A DNA stretch of 64,000 nt. Source: Podarcis pityusensis (taxonomy: Eukaryota). Position 1 is the stretch's first letter, and every line of letters begins with the position of its first letter. The stretch is from the NCBI GenBank assembly GCA_964106645.2, contig OZ067041.1. One strand, 5' to 3'. The notes under the pieces are model-generated. The model searched no databases. It had not been told where the DNA came from and saw only the letters and a list, made by a program, of their open reading frames with translations. The position numbers were made by a program, and so were the translations under genes. Shown here piece after piece: positions 33,486 to 46,745 of the stretch.

Positions 33486-36075
33486 CTTTAGGGCAATCAA
33501 TTTTACATTCCCTTAGTGGCTTAGACCCAGTCAAAGCAGTTATCTTGCTGTACCTGGGCGTTCAGAGCCTCGTTTGCATAAACAGGGCATACCAAATCCA
33601 GTGTGGACAGTAGATGAAGTAGACATTTGGCTATATATTCATCACCCCATCAATATTTTGATCACAGGGGCTGGGTCATTTCATATGGGGAGAGGCAGTA
33701 TTGGCTTCCTAAGCTGCGTAAGATTATATAGGTCAAAATGCAGCACTTTGAATTGGGCCTAGAGACTAATTGGTTCTACTACAACTGCTCACAGGGACCT
33801 ACCTAAATATGAATTCCATAGATCTGAGGCCAGAAGCTGGGGTGCTAGTAAGTGCAGAATTATTTCTGCATGAGACCTGGTGGCATCTTCACAGCAGCAC
33901 AGCTGTCTCCCAGATTCTCAGGGGTGGGGAACTTAATTTATTTTATTTAAACAATTTATGTACTACTTAACTACAGTAGTCTCTGAGCCGTCTACAAAGA
34001 TACAATGCCAGAAATAAAAAATAAGGGTTGAGTTCCTTTCTGGGCAACCTCTTGAGGACAATATGGCAGTGGCAGGCGGAGACATAGGCAAAAGTGGGTG
34101 GAGCCATGAATGCAATTTTTGCCTTTGTACAGAATCCCGGTTTCTAGACTCACAAGCAAGGACACGCTTCTCCATCCAGGAAGGAAACAAGCACTATCGG
34201 AATTCAAGGATACATTTCAGCCAGGAAAATATGCAGACTGAGGGAAGCTCACATGGAATGATTAGCACATGGATTGTATATGATTAATTAATTAGTTAAT
34301 AAATGGTTTTCTATCATTGCTAGGCCATGGCTAACAACAACAGTCAAATATTTTCTTTCAAAAAATCGTTTTTAGTGAAGCAACTGGAATTGCCAGGCTG
34401 CACAAAATCGTAATGTTCAAAACTGCAAAAATAAAACGAAACCTAAACCAGTGAACCTGCAGAAAAGCAAAGAAAGGAGAGCATTTGTCTGAGTCTAAAA
34501 ATGTATGACACAACAGGAAGGGCAGAAAGGCAGAGAAAAGTATGGGGAAGTAGAGGGAGATGGGGAAAAACACAAAATGAAATGAAAAGAAGATTATAAA
34601 AGAAGATTATAAAAAGCTTTTTAAAAAAGGGACCTGACTAGGTCACATGGATTTTTTGCACTCCTGATGTGGATGATAATTGTGTGGTTTGAAGCAATTT
34701 AAAGGAGGGGCTGTCTGTCTGTGCATTTGTATTTCAACACCTGTCATGACAAGCACCAGTTCTCACGCCAAGACAGTGTCACATGCATTGTTGACACTAG
34801 TGAGCATGCAGGACATCACCCCCATTTTGCAGGTAGGGTAATTAGAGGTGAAAGCGATTTGCCAAAGGCCAGAAGGTTGAGCAGTGGCACCACAAAAAAC
34901 CAAATCCAGGTCTCCTGTCTCCCAGCTTTTTCATCTACTGGGACTGTGGCACCACCAACACCCAGATGAACAGGTCCAGACTGAGGTTGTTCAAAGGGCC
35001 CAGTGCAAATAGCCCTCGAATCTGAGACCGCACATGACTTCCCCCAAAGAATCATGGAGACTGTAATTTGTTAAGGGTGCTGGGAATTATAGCTCTGTTA
35101 GGGGATAGACTTCAGTTCCCACGATTCTTTGTGGGGAATGTCATATGCTTCAAATGAGCTTGAAATACATGGTATGCATGGAGTCCGAGTGCAGGGAACG
35201 TCGGTTAAGGATTACGGAAAGGAATGTCGCCAAGTTAGCAGATTCCTCCGCTATTTTGAGTGTTCCCCCAGCACCTTCTGTTTGCATTTTATTTTGCTTG
35301 TAAAGGAAGGATAGGAAGGATTTAGCCGCACAGGACAAAATCCAAATGCAGAGCAAGGCTCCTCGCTGAAAACTACAGCAGAATGGTCCCCACCCTTTCC
35401 CCACCAGACATGGGGCCTCTGGAATGTGTACACATCCTGCTCACTACTTGGTTCCCGTCTAATCAAAGCCTCACCCAGGCCACAGTTTTAATTGGCTTTT
35501 TTAGAGCCCTCCAAGCAAGAGTTATGGGACTCCCATTCCCATCAGCACCAGTTAGCATGGTCAGTGGTCAGGGACGATGAGAGGTATAGTCCCAAGAACG
35601 TTTGAAGGACTACAAGTTCCTCATCCTGGACATAGAGGAATCGTGCACCATACAGGAAGCCCCGCGAAGTCACCTGTTGGAACAATACCATCCATGCATT
35701 ATGAGAACACAAGAAGGGCCTGTTGGATCGGGCCAAACACCCATCCTGGTCTCACCAGACACCTCCAGGAAGCTCACAAGAAGGCCTGAGTGCAAGAGGA
35801 CTGAGACCTTACCAGGACCCATTAAGACTAGAGATCTATACCAGTGGTTCCAAGCTGGGGGGGCCACAGACCCCAAGTGATCCAAATAACCGTCAGCTGT
35901 CTGGGACATCCTGTTTTGAGGGGCCATGCTTTTGCACGAGAGCACAGCACCCCAAAACATATGAGATCGCAGCAGCCAAAACCGTGCATCTCAGTTTTGT
36001 GCTGGGACATGTTGGGAAGGTATGGCGGCACCATTCACATAACAAAAACTAGCAGTACTTGCCTAATTGGGAACC

Positions 36076-36568
36076 AAAAAGCAAAGACATCACCTTGCCA
36101 ACAAAGGTCTGTATAGTTAAAGCTATGGTTTTCCCAGTAGTGATGTATGGAACTGAGAGCTGGACCATAAAGAAGGCTGATCGCCGAAGAATTGATGCTT
36201 TTGAATTATGGTGCTGGAGGAGACTCTTGAGAAGTCCCATGGACTGCAAGAAGATCAAACCAATCCATTCTTAAGGAAGTCAGCCCTGAGTGCTCACTGG
36301 AAGGACAGATCATGAAGCTGAGACTCCAGTACTTTGGCCACCTCATGAGAAGAGAAGACTCCCTGGAAAAGACCCTGATGTTGGGAAAGATGGAGGGCAC
36401 AAAGAGAAGGGGACGGCAGAGGATGAGATGGTTGGACAGTGTTCTCGAAGCTACCAGCATGAGTTTGACCAAACTGCGGGAGGCAGTGGAAGACAGGAGT
36501 GCCTGGCGTGCTCTGGTCCATGGGGTCATGAAGAGTCGGACACGACTAAACGACTAAACAACAACAAC
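36076..36568 (+). mobile_element. BovB (RTE) LINE, 5'-truncated
   Basis: YFGHLMRREDSLEKTLMLGKMEG...RQRMRWLD...KSRTRLND and (CAA)n tail. Confidence 0.95.
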
Positions 36569-38265
36569 GATCTACCCCACTTTGCAACATCCCACATGTG
36601 AATCTTGTACTAAGCACCACTGGAGGGAAGCACAAATCCTGCTGCTATCACATAATCACCTTTGCCCTCCTTTGGAGTATAAGAAAAACACTCTTTATAA
36701 ACCAAACCATTAAACCCAAATCCCTTTGAAAACTCGGCAGCAGTGGAACTGAAAGGGGGAATAGGGGCATTCCAGGATCAGATCAGAAGCTGGATTGGCT
36801 TTCATCATTCTGGGATTGTCCTTGGGAAATAGGGACACTTCGTATGGATAACCCCACCTGCAAGACACAAAATCCAGCCCTCCTCTGTGCAGTTCCTTGT
36901 TGCCATTTGGGACTGACTCCCCACAGTCCCCGGCTGCTCCCTCTCTTGCTTGGAGCCTGGAGTCTTTGAATCTTAGACGAGTAAGGTACATTTTTAAAGT
37001 TAATTCCACTAGGGTTGAAAGTTCATTCAGCTATAGAGGAAACTCGGGCCCAGGGAGATGGCAAACGCAATCTTCCTGGCCTCTCTGTCTGGTTCCTAGG
37101 ACTCTCCCCAGCCAACATATTCTCATCAGCCACACACCCAATCCTCAGGGTACACCCCTTGCCAATCCTATTTCATGCCCTTGAGTGGATTTTTTTAAAT
37201 AAAAAAAATACGCCTTCCTGGAATGTGTCCTTGGACTCTGGCAGTGGTTGCCGGGGAGGGAGAACAGAGAGAGAGGTGTACGAATGCATGAAGGAGCTAG
37301 CACACTGTATAAAGGTAACGTTTGCATTCTTTGCTTCGCCTGCTTTTGTTCCTGTCTCTGCCCATCACTGCCTGTCCAGAATGGATGTGACCTTCCAAGA
37401 TGGAAAAAGAAGTTCCTCCTTCTCTGACCTAGGCTCTGTGATGGCTGGGCTCCTGGACTGCTGCAGTAAACAAACCACATTCACACCATCCAGTTAAAGC
37501 ACTACAATACCACTTCGAACCGCCACAGCTTCCCCCGTGGAACTGAGCTGTGAGTTGTTAGGAGACCCCGGTCCCTTTCGCACAGCTACAATTCCCAGAA
37601 TTCCCTTGTGAAGAAGGAACCACTCTGGGAGTTGTAGTTCTGGGAGGAGGAATAGGGACCTCCCAACAGCTCTCAGTACTTTTAGTGAGCTACAACTCCC
37701 AGAATTATTTGCAGGGGAGAGGGAGCTACGATTGTTTAGACTGGTATCATGGTGCTTCAAATGTACGGCATGAATGTAGCCTCTGATTGACAGGAGGTTC
37801 TATCCAACCGAGCCAAGTACACAGGGAAAGAGAGCAGGCAGGCAGCCAGCTAACAAAAGAGAGATCCTGGCCTGGAAACAGACCATGGGTGGTTCTGGAT
37901 CAGCAGCCCAAGTAAACAAAGCAATGCGGAGCTGGAGAGATCAGACTTATCCAGCCACAGAAATAAATGGTGAAGAGGTTCAGGGTTGGGCTGGAGTGGG
38001 GGATACTGGGGGTCACTGAAAAGAGGTAGGGGAGATTTAAAAAAAAGAATCCCTCCTGTAAAACAGTACCTAAGTGGGCTATCAGGAAAAAAATTAAGAG
38101 GTTGGGCAAGATCTCTGTAATCCAAGCATGGGCTGTTTTTGGATCATGCAAATTAGCTCAAAGCGAATCTCTATCATGCAGCTATAGCACTGGTTGTACT
38201 TTTCAGAAGTAATAATTCACTCGCTCCCTTCACCATGGAAATAAGTCTGAGGTTTGAATCGCAGC

Positions 38266-38405
38266 ATTATAGAATTGCAAAGTTGGAAGGGACCATGAGG
38301 ATCATCTAGTCCAACTCCTTGCAGTGCAAGAATGTTTTGCCCAACATGGGGCTCAAACTCACAACCCCAAGATGAAGAGTCTCATGCTTTTCCGACTAAG
38401 CTATC
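38266..38405 (-). mobile_element. tRNA-derived SINE (same family as 9425)
   Basis: Reverse complement of the tRNA head plus CR1-like tail. Confidence 0.8.
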
Positions 38406-39499
38406 TCATTCTGCACACACACCATATATATAAAGTACTCCACCCAAAGAATCCTTGGAGCTGCAGTTTACCTCTCACAAAGCTACAATTCCCAGTACCC
38501 TTAACAAACTACAGTTCCCATGATTCTTTTTTTTAAAAAAAATTGGTGCTTTAAAATGTACGCAGCCTGAGTTAAGTTTATGTGTTGCAATGCTATAACC
38601 ACAGATGGTGGTCTAAGGTGTTGCTAACAATTGAAACCAGAATGTAGCTAATATATTCATTTAAAAAACAACAACAACACATCCCACTGTTTGAGAAAGT
38701 GCAGGTTGCCAATTAACTTCCTAAGCTGTTTGCTAGGCGACCGTCTAATTTTTCTATTTCTTTCCCCCACTGCGAAAACAATCAGCTCAACAGAGTCATT
38801 TTCCGAACCCGCTCACCGAAGACAACATCAAGGGTTGTGCTTCAGATGTTTTTAGCCTGGTAACAAGATGATGTCAGTGGTAAAGGAAAGTGACCAATCA
38901 GCAGGGAGAATGAATCAGATAACTGCTGAGATTTCACCCAGGCTGTTTCCTAGCAAAGTCGGAGCTGCTTGCAAAGTGCAAAGCAGGGGGGAAGGGGGGG
39001 AGATCTCTGCACTTCCTTTGCACTTGCTGCACAGACAGGATGTCTCCAGCCACTGTTTGATAGCATTTGCATGAAGTCAAAGAAACAAGTCTCTCTGTGT
39101 GTGTGTGTGTGTGCGCGTGCACGCATATGTGCACATGAGTTTGTGCTCGTAAGATAAATATTGATAGCTTTCCTGGCAATACCAACCTTCCCAAGACCAC
39201 AGTGATACAGAAACTTACGAACATCAGCTTTGAACAGTTGCTTCTTCTAAATGCTTTTGTTCTGTAAACAAACCCTCAGCAACCATATGATGTAACTCCT
39301 GGCAAATTAATCTTATTCCCAGGCCCTTGAAAAATATTGACGAAGCTGCTGCCCTTCAGTCATGGTTATTTTTGCTGTTAAGAGCATTAAAAAACCTCTG
39401 CCGGATCAAACCAATAACCCATCTTTTTTTTAAAGCTGGGTGACCATCACTGCCCCCGTGGGAACACGTTGCACAGTTTAACTACATTGCTGGCAACCT

Positions 39500-39990
39500 A
39501 TTTCTCTCAGGAGACAACGAAGGAGCATGGCTTTGGGGGTGAAGTCAAACCATTGGAGAGTTACAGTGCCTGCTGTGGCTGTAGAGACCGATACAGGAGA
39601 GACATGTTTTGTTGCAGCTGGGGCAGATGAAGGCGTCCGGTTTGAGCTGTTGCAGATGCACCATGGCTTTTCTTCTCTCTGTGCTCCTCCCAACAGCCAT
39701 TTCTCCTCCGGTCACTGCTACAGATACACAACTTGACTGTCCGTCTCCAGGCACTGCGATCATCTGCAAGGGATTTCCACACGGCAGGGTTGACGTTGCC
39801 AGCCTTCATGTCTCGTCTGCAGACATATTTGTAACACAGAGTTGGCCTGGTGCCTGAAGCCAGCTCCCCGTGGAGCACATATTTGGGGAACCTGCCATTT
39901 TCCATTTTGTGGACAGGACCAAGCCAGCATAGACGTCGCTGAGACGGGAGCGTGAACATGTTAGGAATGTGGGCTTCAGAGAGCACATAT
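39500..39990 (-). mobile_element. Second RTE-clade LINE 3' fragment
   Basis: QRRLCWLGPVHKMENGRFPKYVLHGEL and FICPSCNKTCLSCIGLYSH motifs, frameshifted. Confidence 0.8.
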
Positions 39991-40015
39991 TTGTAAATAA
40001 GTACTCTCTTTTATA

Positions 40016-40317
40016 GGGACGCGGGTGGCGCTGTGGTCTAAACCACAGAGCCTAGGGCTTGCCGATCGGAAGGTTGGCGGTTCGAATCCCCGCGACAGGG
40101 TGACCTCCTGTTGTTCGGTCCCAGCTGCTGCCCACCTAGCAGTTGGAAAGCACGTCAAGTGCAAGTAGATAAATAGGTACCGCTCCGGCGGGAGGGTAAA
40201 CGGCTTTTCCGTGCACTGCTCTGGTTCGCCAGAAGCGACTTAGTCATGCTGGCCACATGACTAACCCCAGAGTCGTCCGCAACTAGACCTAATGGTCAGG
40301 GATGCCTTTACCTTTAC
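40016..40317 (+). mobile_element. Sauria SINE
   Basis: GGGACGCGGGTGGCGCTGTGG head, B box GGTTCGAATCC, (ACCTTT)n tail, imperfect TSD tactc(t)cttttat. Confidence 0.92.
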
Positions 40318-40382
40318 TCCTTTTATGTGTCCGAATCCTACAGCATTTAGCTTCACTGGATACCCAACAAATCTACTGCTAA

Positions 40383-41525
40383 TGTCCAAGGTTATCATAC
40401 ATCTTGGTGGCTTCAGGGAATTCTATCCCTCCCCCGGTGCGATGCCAAAAAGCAGATAAACAAGAAGAGTTCTTACCACGTAGTTTATTCAATATTCACA
40501 GAGAGAGATGAAGGAATGTGGTCTCTCTTAGATAATGGTGTTGCTCCGAGTAGGGCTGGATTTATGTCTGATGAGGTCTGAGGTACAGTGCACTGGTCTC
40601 CTCCTGAAAAAGTTTGCTGATCCCTGCCCTAAGCTACTAAAGGTAATGGGACGCTTTATGTGTCCAGCTGTCGATTGTCAACAACAAATTGTCACTATTT
40701 TTTTGTGTTGAATCGGGGTAGGCAACCTAAGGCCCGTGAGCTGGATGCGGCTCAACTGCCTTCTCAATCCAGCCCGCGGATGGTCCGGGAATCAGCATGT
40801 TTTTACATGAGTAAAATTTTATTTTATTTAAAATGCATCTCTGGGTTATTTGTGGGGTATAGGAATTTGTTCATTTTTTTCTTCAAATTATAGTCCGGCC
40901 CACCGCATGGTCTGAGGGATGGTGGACTGGCCAACGGCTGAAAAAGGTTGCTGACCCCTGTATATGATATATGGTAATTTATGGACCTAATAGGTATCTA
41001 AAGCCATTTGCCTATAACAAAATATGTATTTTATTACACAAAACGCTGTTGCTGTATGTAGGTTTTATTTGTTTTTTATCTTATATTTTGGAAATGTACA
41101 TCCAGTTTTCCCCCCTTTAATTTTTGGGGGGCCCTCCAAGAGAGGGGGCCCCAAAGCTATAGCTTGTTTAGCTTATACGTAAATCCGGCACTGGCTCCGA
41201 GTAAAGTCCACTGCTCAGTCCCTCCTCTTCTACATCACCCCTGCGCCGACTAACCGGTGCTTTCTGCCTTTGAGTTTTCTGTTCTATCACACTCAAGGCA
41301 TGCCTGGTCCTGGGAGAGGGGGGGGGCGGGTCAGGAATGCTTTCTAGAGACACTGAGTCTGTTAGCTGTCTCTCCCCTGGTCCTTCTTCTTCCTGCTGCT
41401 CTCCCGCTATTTCCCAGCTTCTCCCCTCTGCAGCCTCTGAACTCTGACCTTCTGCAAACCACTGTTCTAAATCCCTTCTTGGGAAGGTGCAGGAAGCGGG
41501 ACCCTCCTCAGTCCAGTCCCTGACA
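40383..41525 (-). mobile_element. Solo-LTR-like element interrupted by a hAT insertion
   Basis: TG...CA ends and minus-strand AATAAA (~40484); split by 40551-41193; no clear TSD so boundaries are tentative. Confidence 0.5.
40551..41193. mobile_element. Non-autonomous hAT element carrying a nested MITE (40714-40960)
   Basis: Imperfect TIR TAGGGCTGGATTTA / TAAATCCGGCACTG, 8-bp TSD GCTCCGAG. Confidence 0.85.
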
Positions 41526-41647
41526 CCTGGACATGCTGGGGGCTGAATTTGGACCTTTGCATGCAAAGCAAATGTTCTACCACTGAGCTGTGGCCAATGC
41601 TCATAGTTTGTTTATCACAAAGGGCTTGCAAGCGAAGGGTCTTTCTA

Positions 41648-41944
41648 CCAGCGACGAGGGCCTTCTGGCGGTTCCCTCATTGCGAAAAGTGAGGTTACAG
41701 GGAACCAGACAGAGGGCCTTCTCGGTAGTGGCGCCCGCCCTGTGGAACACCCTCCCTTCAGATGTGAAGGAAATAAGCAGCTATCCTATCTTTAAAAGAC
41801 ATCTGAAGGCAGCCCTGTTTAGGGAAGTTTTAAATATTTAATGCTGTATTGTTTTTAACACTCGATTGGGAGCCGTACAGAGTGGCTGGGGAAACCCAGC
41901 CAGATGGGCGGGGTATAAATAAAAAGTTGTTGTTGTTGTTGTTA
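41648..41944 (+). mobile_element. L2-type LINE 3' end
   Basis: LLAVP...RAFSVVAPALWNTLP...FKRHLK C-terminus and short-repeat tail; same family at 63595. Confidence 0.85.
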
Positions 41945-43217
41945 CCAATCTCTCCTCTTAACAGCCAGGGATCGACACCTGTCCTGTAGGCCCAGGTAGC
42001 CTGCATATCCTCTTAAGTCCACCTTTGCCCATCAGTAACACTGTCCCGTGCCTTGTGTCACAGCCGCCGTGGAGAAAGTGTCACTAAGCTAGTCGAGGCA
42101 CACATAACATTTTTAGAACAGCTGTTCCTGTTATGTTCAGTCCAAACACACCTTATTTCTCTCCCGGGTTCCTTTGTTTGTTGATTGCAGTTATTTATAG
42201 CCTGTCTTTCAGGATACAAATCCTTTCACATTAGGAGGCGCATGAAAAACTCACCCTCTCTGAAACGCAAACACTCGCACACCAGCGACAGGGGAGGAGT
42301 TTGATCTCATTTGCCTCGAAAGGCAGGCTTGCCTAATTTGCAGTTCGCGAAACAATATGTGAATTGTAGCACAACCACCTCTAGAAATTAACACTTCTTA
42401 AATTAATGTATGATTTTGACAAGTCCACCCCCCACGAAATTATTATTTTGTTTTGTTTTATGTTTTTTTCCTTTTTGTGTGTGTTCTTATTTGTAATTTT
42501 TAATGTGCAAATAAAGTTTTATAATTTATAAAAAGAAGAAGAAGAAATTAACACTTCTCTGCATTTTGCTCTGCAGTCAAGTAATGTGTGCAAAAATTTG
42601 CACACACTAAAATGCAGGTATTAGTGAAAATAACATACAAAATGCATTATATTAGGGAAAATGTAAATATTAGGGAGAAATGTGCTTTACAAAAACACAT
42701 GTATTGGGGAACATTTTATTTTAAAATGCGTATATTAGCATAAATTAGCTGCTGAATATTCATATTCATTAACAAACTAACAGAGAAACAAATGACAAAC
42801 CGGTGTGGAAATGTGGTGAACTGAACTTAAAAGTGGCAACTATCCCTGATGGCTCTGCTCCACTTGCAAAGTTGGAGGCAGTAATGCTTCAGAATACCAA
42901 TTCCTGCAAACCACCAGAGCAGACCCTCCAAATATCTCTATTTCCCAGGGATGTCCCTGATGTTTTAATACATGTTGGAAGCTGCCCAGAGTGGCTGGAG
43001 CAACCCAGTAAGATGTGTCGGGTATAAATAGCAAAATTGTCATTATGGAATGGAATGTCCCAATTTTCATCAGAAGAATGTTGGAGGGTATGCAGGAAGG
43101 GAGAGTGGTCTTGTGCTCAGGTCTTGCTTTTGGGCTTCTCACAGGAAACTGGTTGGCCCCTGTGAGAACAGGAAGCTGGTCTAGATGAGCCATTGGCCAG
43201 ATCTAGCAGGCTCTTCT

Positions 43218-43478
43218 GCCAGTGTGGTGTAGTGGTTAAGAGTGGTGGACTTGTAATCTGGTGAACCAGGTTCGCGTCTCGGCTCCTCCACATGCAGCTG
43301 CTGGGTGACCTTGGGCTAGTCACACTTCTCTGAAGTCTCTCAGCCTCACTCACCTCACAGAGTGTTTGTTGTGGGGGAGGAAGGGAAAGGAGATTGTTAG
43401 CTGCTTTGAGACTCCTTAGGGTAGTGATAAAGCGGGATATCAAATCCAAACTCCTCCTCCTCCTCTTCCTCTTCTTCT
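43218..43478 (+). mobile_element. tRNA/CORE-like SINE (older copy at ~12050-12270)
   Basis: GTGTAGTGGTTAAGAG A box, GGTTCG B box, gtgaccttgggc.agtcac core, (CCT/CTT)n tail. Confidence 0.85.
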
Positions 43479-43942
43479 TATGTTCTGATGAAAAATAAGG
43501 AACTGAGAAAATCGGAAACGGACAGATCCACACATCTCTAACACACACAGGGCTGCGTCTAATGAAGTTGGCTCATTAGCACAAGGACCTTCCACCTGAG
43601 CAGCAAGGCTTCTCCTCACCCCATGTGCCCCCTTAACTCTGCTTTGGAGGACAGGGAAACCCCCAGAACAGATGGCGAGGGTGGGGTGGACATGAAGCCC
43701 CACACTGAAGGTGGAAGATGATCCTGATTGGTCTTCCTTGCCCCTATAAAACTATAACTTAGATATCCACTGATGGACAGGTAAGTGGTCCAGGCCACCT
43801 GTCAAAGTTTGGCCACAGAGGGTGGAGACATAAGGATCTGGCCTGCTGGCTAGAGCCTGTTCCTTACCCCTGCCTTGAAATATTTGTCCAGCTAGCCCAG
43901 TACTGAATACTCTGAGTGACAACAGCTGCCCAGAGTCTCCAG

Positions 43943-44549
43943 CATAGCTGTCAAGTGTCCCTTATTTGAAGGGACAGTCCTTTATTCCAGTGCCATGTCC
44001 CGCTGCTGTCCCTTATTGGTGGATGTCCCTTAAATGTCCCTTAAATGATGTCCCTTAAATTTCAAAGGAAGCAGCTCCTCTCCCTCCCTCCCTGCCGGCC
44101 AGGGAGGAGGGGGGCTCCAACTGTGCTGCTTGGCTGTGTTGCTCACCCAATAAGAAGTCTAAGAACGACTGGGGGGTGGAGCTTGCATGCCTTGTGTGTG
44201 GCTAGTTAATGCAAGCTGAGGGGTTTCTGAATGCTGGATGCCATGTTGTTGCACGTGCTGCTGCAAACTTTGCAGTGCAAAGCCAGGCCGGGGAGCCATC
44301 TTAAGCTGAGGCTGCATAGGCCTTGTGGTGCATGTGATTCAGATTCTATTCAGTTGAACCTCTGGTTACAAAGTTGGTTGGACAGTGTTCTCGAAGCTAC
44401 CCAGCATGAGTTTGACCAGACTGCAGGAGGACAGGAAGACTGGAGTGCCTGGAACAGGTGAGGCTGCCAGGTCCCTTATTTTGGCTGCTGGTCCCTTGTT
44501 TTCAAGGCTGCTGGTCCCTTATTTTCAAATCTGTAAGTTGACAGCTATG
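43943..44549. mobile_element. Non-autonomous hAT element containing a BovB fragment (~44374-44450)
   Basis: TIR CATAGCTGTCAA / TTGACAGCTATG, 8-bp TSD GTCTCCAG, subterminal gtccctta repeats. Confidence 0.88.
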
Positions 44550-45449
44550 GTCTCCAGCAGAAGACTTTCCATCCCCTGCAACATGCTCCTTATAATTGGG
44601 GGCGCTGGGTGTTGAATCTGAGACCTTCTGGAGCTAACTCTATTATGGCTGCCATCCTAAATGGTGATAAGCTCCCCTGAACTCAACACACCAGTCTTTC
44701 TGATCAGTTAAGGTTCAGCATCTACCTGCAGCAGATCCCTTTGTTTCCACCATGACTGACGGTCGCATGGAACCATTCTGCGAACCAACCGCAAGACAGA
44801 AAAACAAGTTGCATAACCCTGAATAAATACATGCTAAATAGCAAGTGACAAATTCGTGAGCACTTTCAGATGCATTTTTTAAAAAATGTGAAGTGACAGA
44901 CATATCACTGAAAATCTGTCCTGCAAATATACCCAGCACCTCATCTGATTCAGAGTTCACTTTAAATATTTGGTTGACTCGCAGGTCAAAGATATCTGAC
45001 TGGTAGCATTGAGACCTTTGTCATTATCAATTGCCACTGGTGTCGTTATCATTATCAAATGCCACTAACAATAAGAAAATAGGACCAGGGATATGTATGT
45101 TTGAAGGCTGCAACCCTATGCTCACTTTCCTGTGAGTAGGTATAATTGAACACAGAGAGTCTTACTTCTGAGTAAATCTGTCAATTTTGACCTCTTTCGC
45201 TTTCTTCCCCCCCACCTCCAGTCTTGAGTTAAGTTCTCCACATTTCCACAATCACTTTGCAATTTATTTCCTTGTTAAAAGCCCTCCAGAAAACCCATCA
45301 ATATTATAGCAAGAGTTTCTCCCAATATACTAGCGTACACATTTTTGAAAAGCAATTTCCCCATATGCAGTGCAATTTGGTATGTTATTTCCACTAACAT
45401 ATGCATTTTTAAAACAAAATAAAATAAATAAAATTAAATAAAAAAATAA

Positions 45450-45586
45450 AAAAAATCCTTCCAGTAATACCAATAACTAACTTAGTTGGTCTTTAAGGTG
45501 CTACTTAGAAGGAATTTCTTTTTTTTTTTTTTAATTTTATTTTGTTTCGACTACGGCAGACCAACGCAGCTACCTACCTGTAACTA
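45450..45586. mobile_element. Penelope-like element remnant (inverted terminal pieces)
   Basis: aatccttccagta ... ttggtctttaaggtgctac...gaaggaattt ... ggcagaccaacgcagctacc arrangement as recalled for squamate Penelope ends. Confidence 0.6.
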
Positions 45587-45623
45587 GAAATATGCATTTT
45601 TAGGCACGCTTTACACAGTATAT

Positions 45624-46116
45624 TGTTATAGACTGAGGGGGGGGGATCCCCCCAAACCCTAGCAATGAATAAATGCTAGGATTTTTATTAATTGGAGTAG
45701 GGATTAAAAACATAAACTGCAGAACTGTGCCAGACAGGGAATTCCTGGGCTGGCTTATGCAAACCAACATGGCCAAGCTACAAGCTATGGCTATCAAGAG
45801 AACAATAGTGGCCATTAACAATACAAGGGAACTTCCCTTTTGCCCCCAGGTATGAACAGAGATTGGGGATTTGGGAGGTTGCCAGGGTAACTGCTCTGGG
45901 GGAGGGCAAGGGGTTTTCTGGGAGGAAGGAGGAGGAAGAGGGGGAGAGATCCATCTTGGTGAGGGAAACACAAGCACCATGCCGTAAGGTCTGGATTTCC
46001 TCAATGCAGACTGAAGGTGTAAATAAGTGAATAAACCATATTTCTTAAACAACAGTCTCCGCCGTGTCTTCTATTCTCCCAAGGGACACAGACCCTGTGT
46101 GTGGTCAGAAACCACA
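45624..46116 (+). mobile_element. Solo-LTR-like element
   Basis: TGTTA...CCACA ends, AATAAA at ~46030, interrupts an older AT-rich repeat. Confidence 0.5.
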
Positions 46117-46745
46117 GTTTAGGTAGGTTTGCCTTTCAGTGAGAAGAGCATCAATTTTCTCCTACTTCTGAATAAACCCGCTTAGGATTGCGCCGTTAAT
46201 TAATCGGAGGTTTTTTGAATGTTACTCTGTGGCACTTGCATGCATACGTACGCACAGGGGCGCTCACTATTTTAAATCCCTCATCGACTTGCACAGATCC
46301 TGAACTAAAAATAAAACCCCTTGGGAGGCAACCGATCTAGGTCAGGAGGACTTGAGCTGGGTTAAAACCAATGAGTTGGCAATCCTACAGAGACCATGGT
46401 ACTTATTGCTTCTGCAACTGGTTCAGTGCTGCGAACTGGCTTGGCCATATAAAGAAAACGAGTGGTGGTGCGTCAAGAGCTTTATGACCGCTGTCAAAAC
46501 ACAGCTATATACCTGGCAGGAGATGGGCTGTGTGTGGAAGATGCTGCAGACAGAAGCAGAAAGAAATGAGAGGAAGGAGTCAGGAGAAGTTAACTGAATA
46601 TCTGTAGATCAGTGGCATGCGGTCCGTGGAGTAGTGGGACTAGCTTAGTCCCCTTAATGTTCCCAGCAGGACCTTTCCATGGACCTGGTTAGCCAGTGTG
46701 TCCAGGCTCCATGTATGTGTGTGCATGCATCTCTCTTTCTGATTA

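Noticed and set aside
35841-36080. BovB targeting a specific MITE (both 36076 and 58328 lie next to the same MITE family)
   Set aside because: The insertion points within the MITE differ, and two cases are not enough given how common both repeats are
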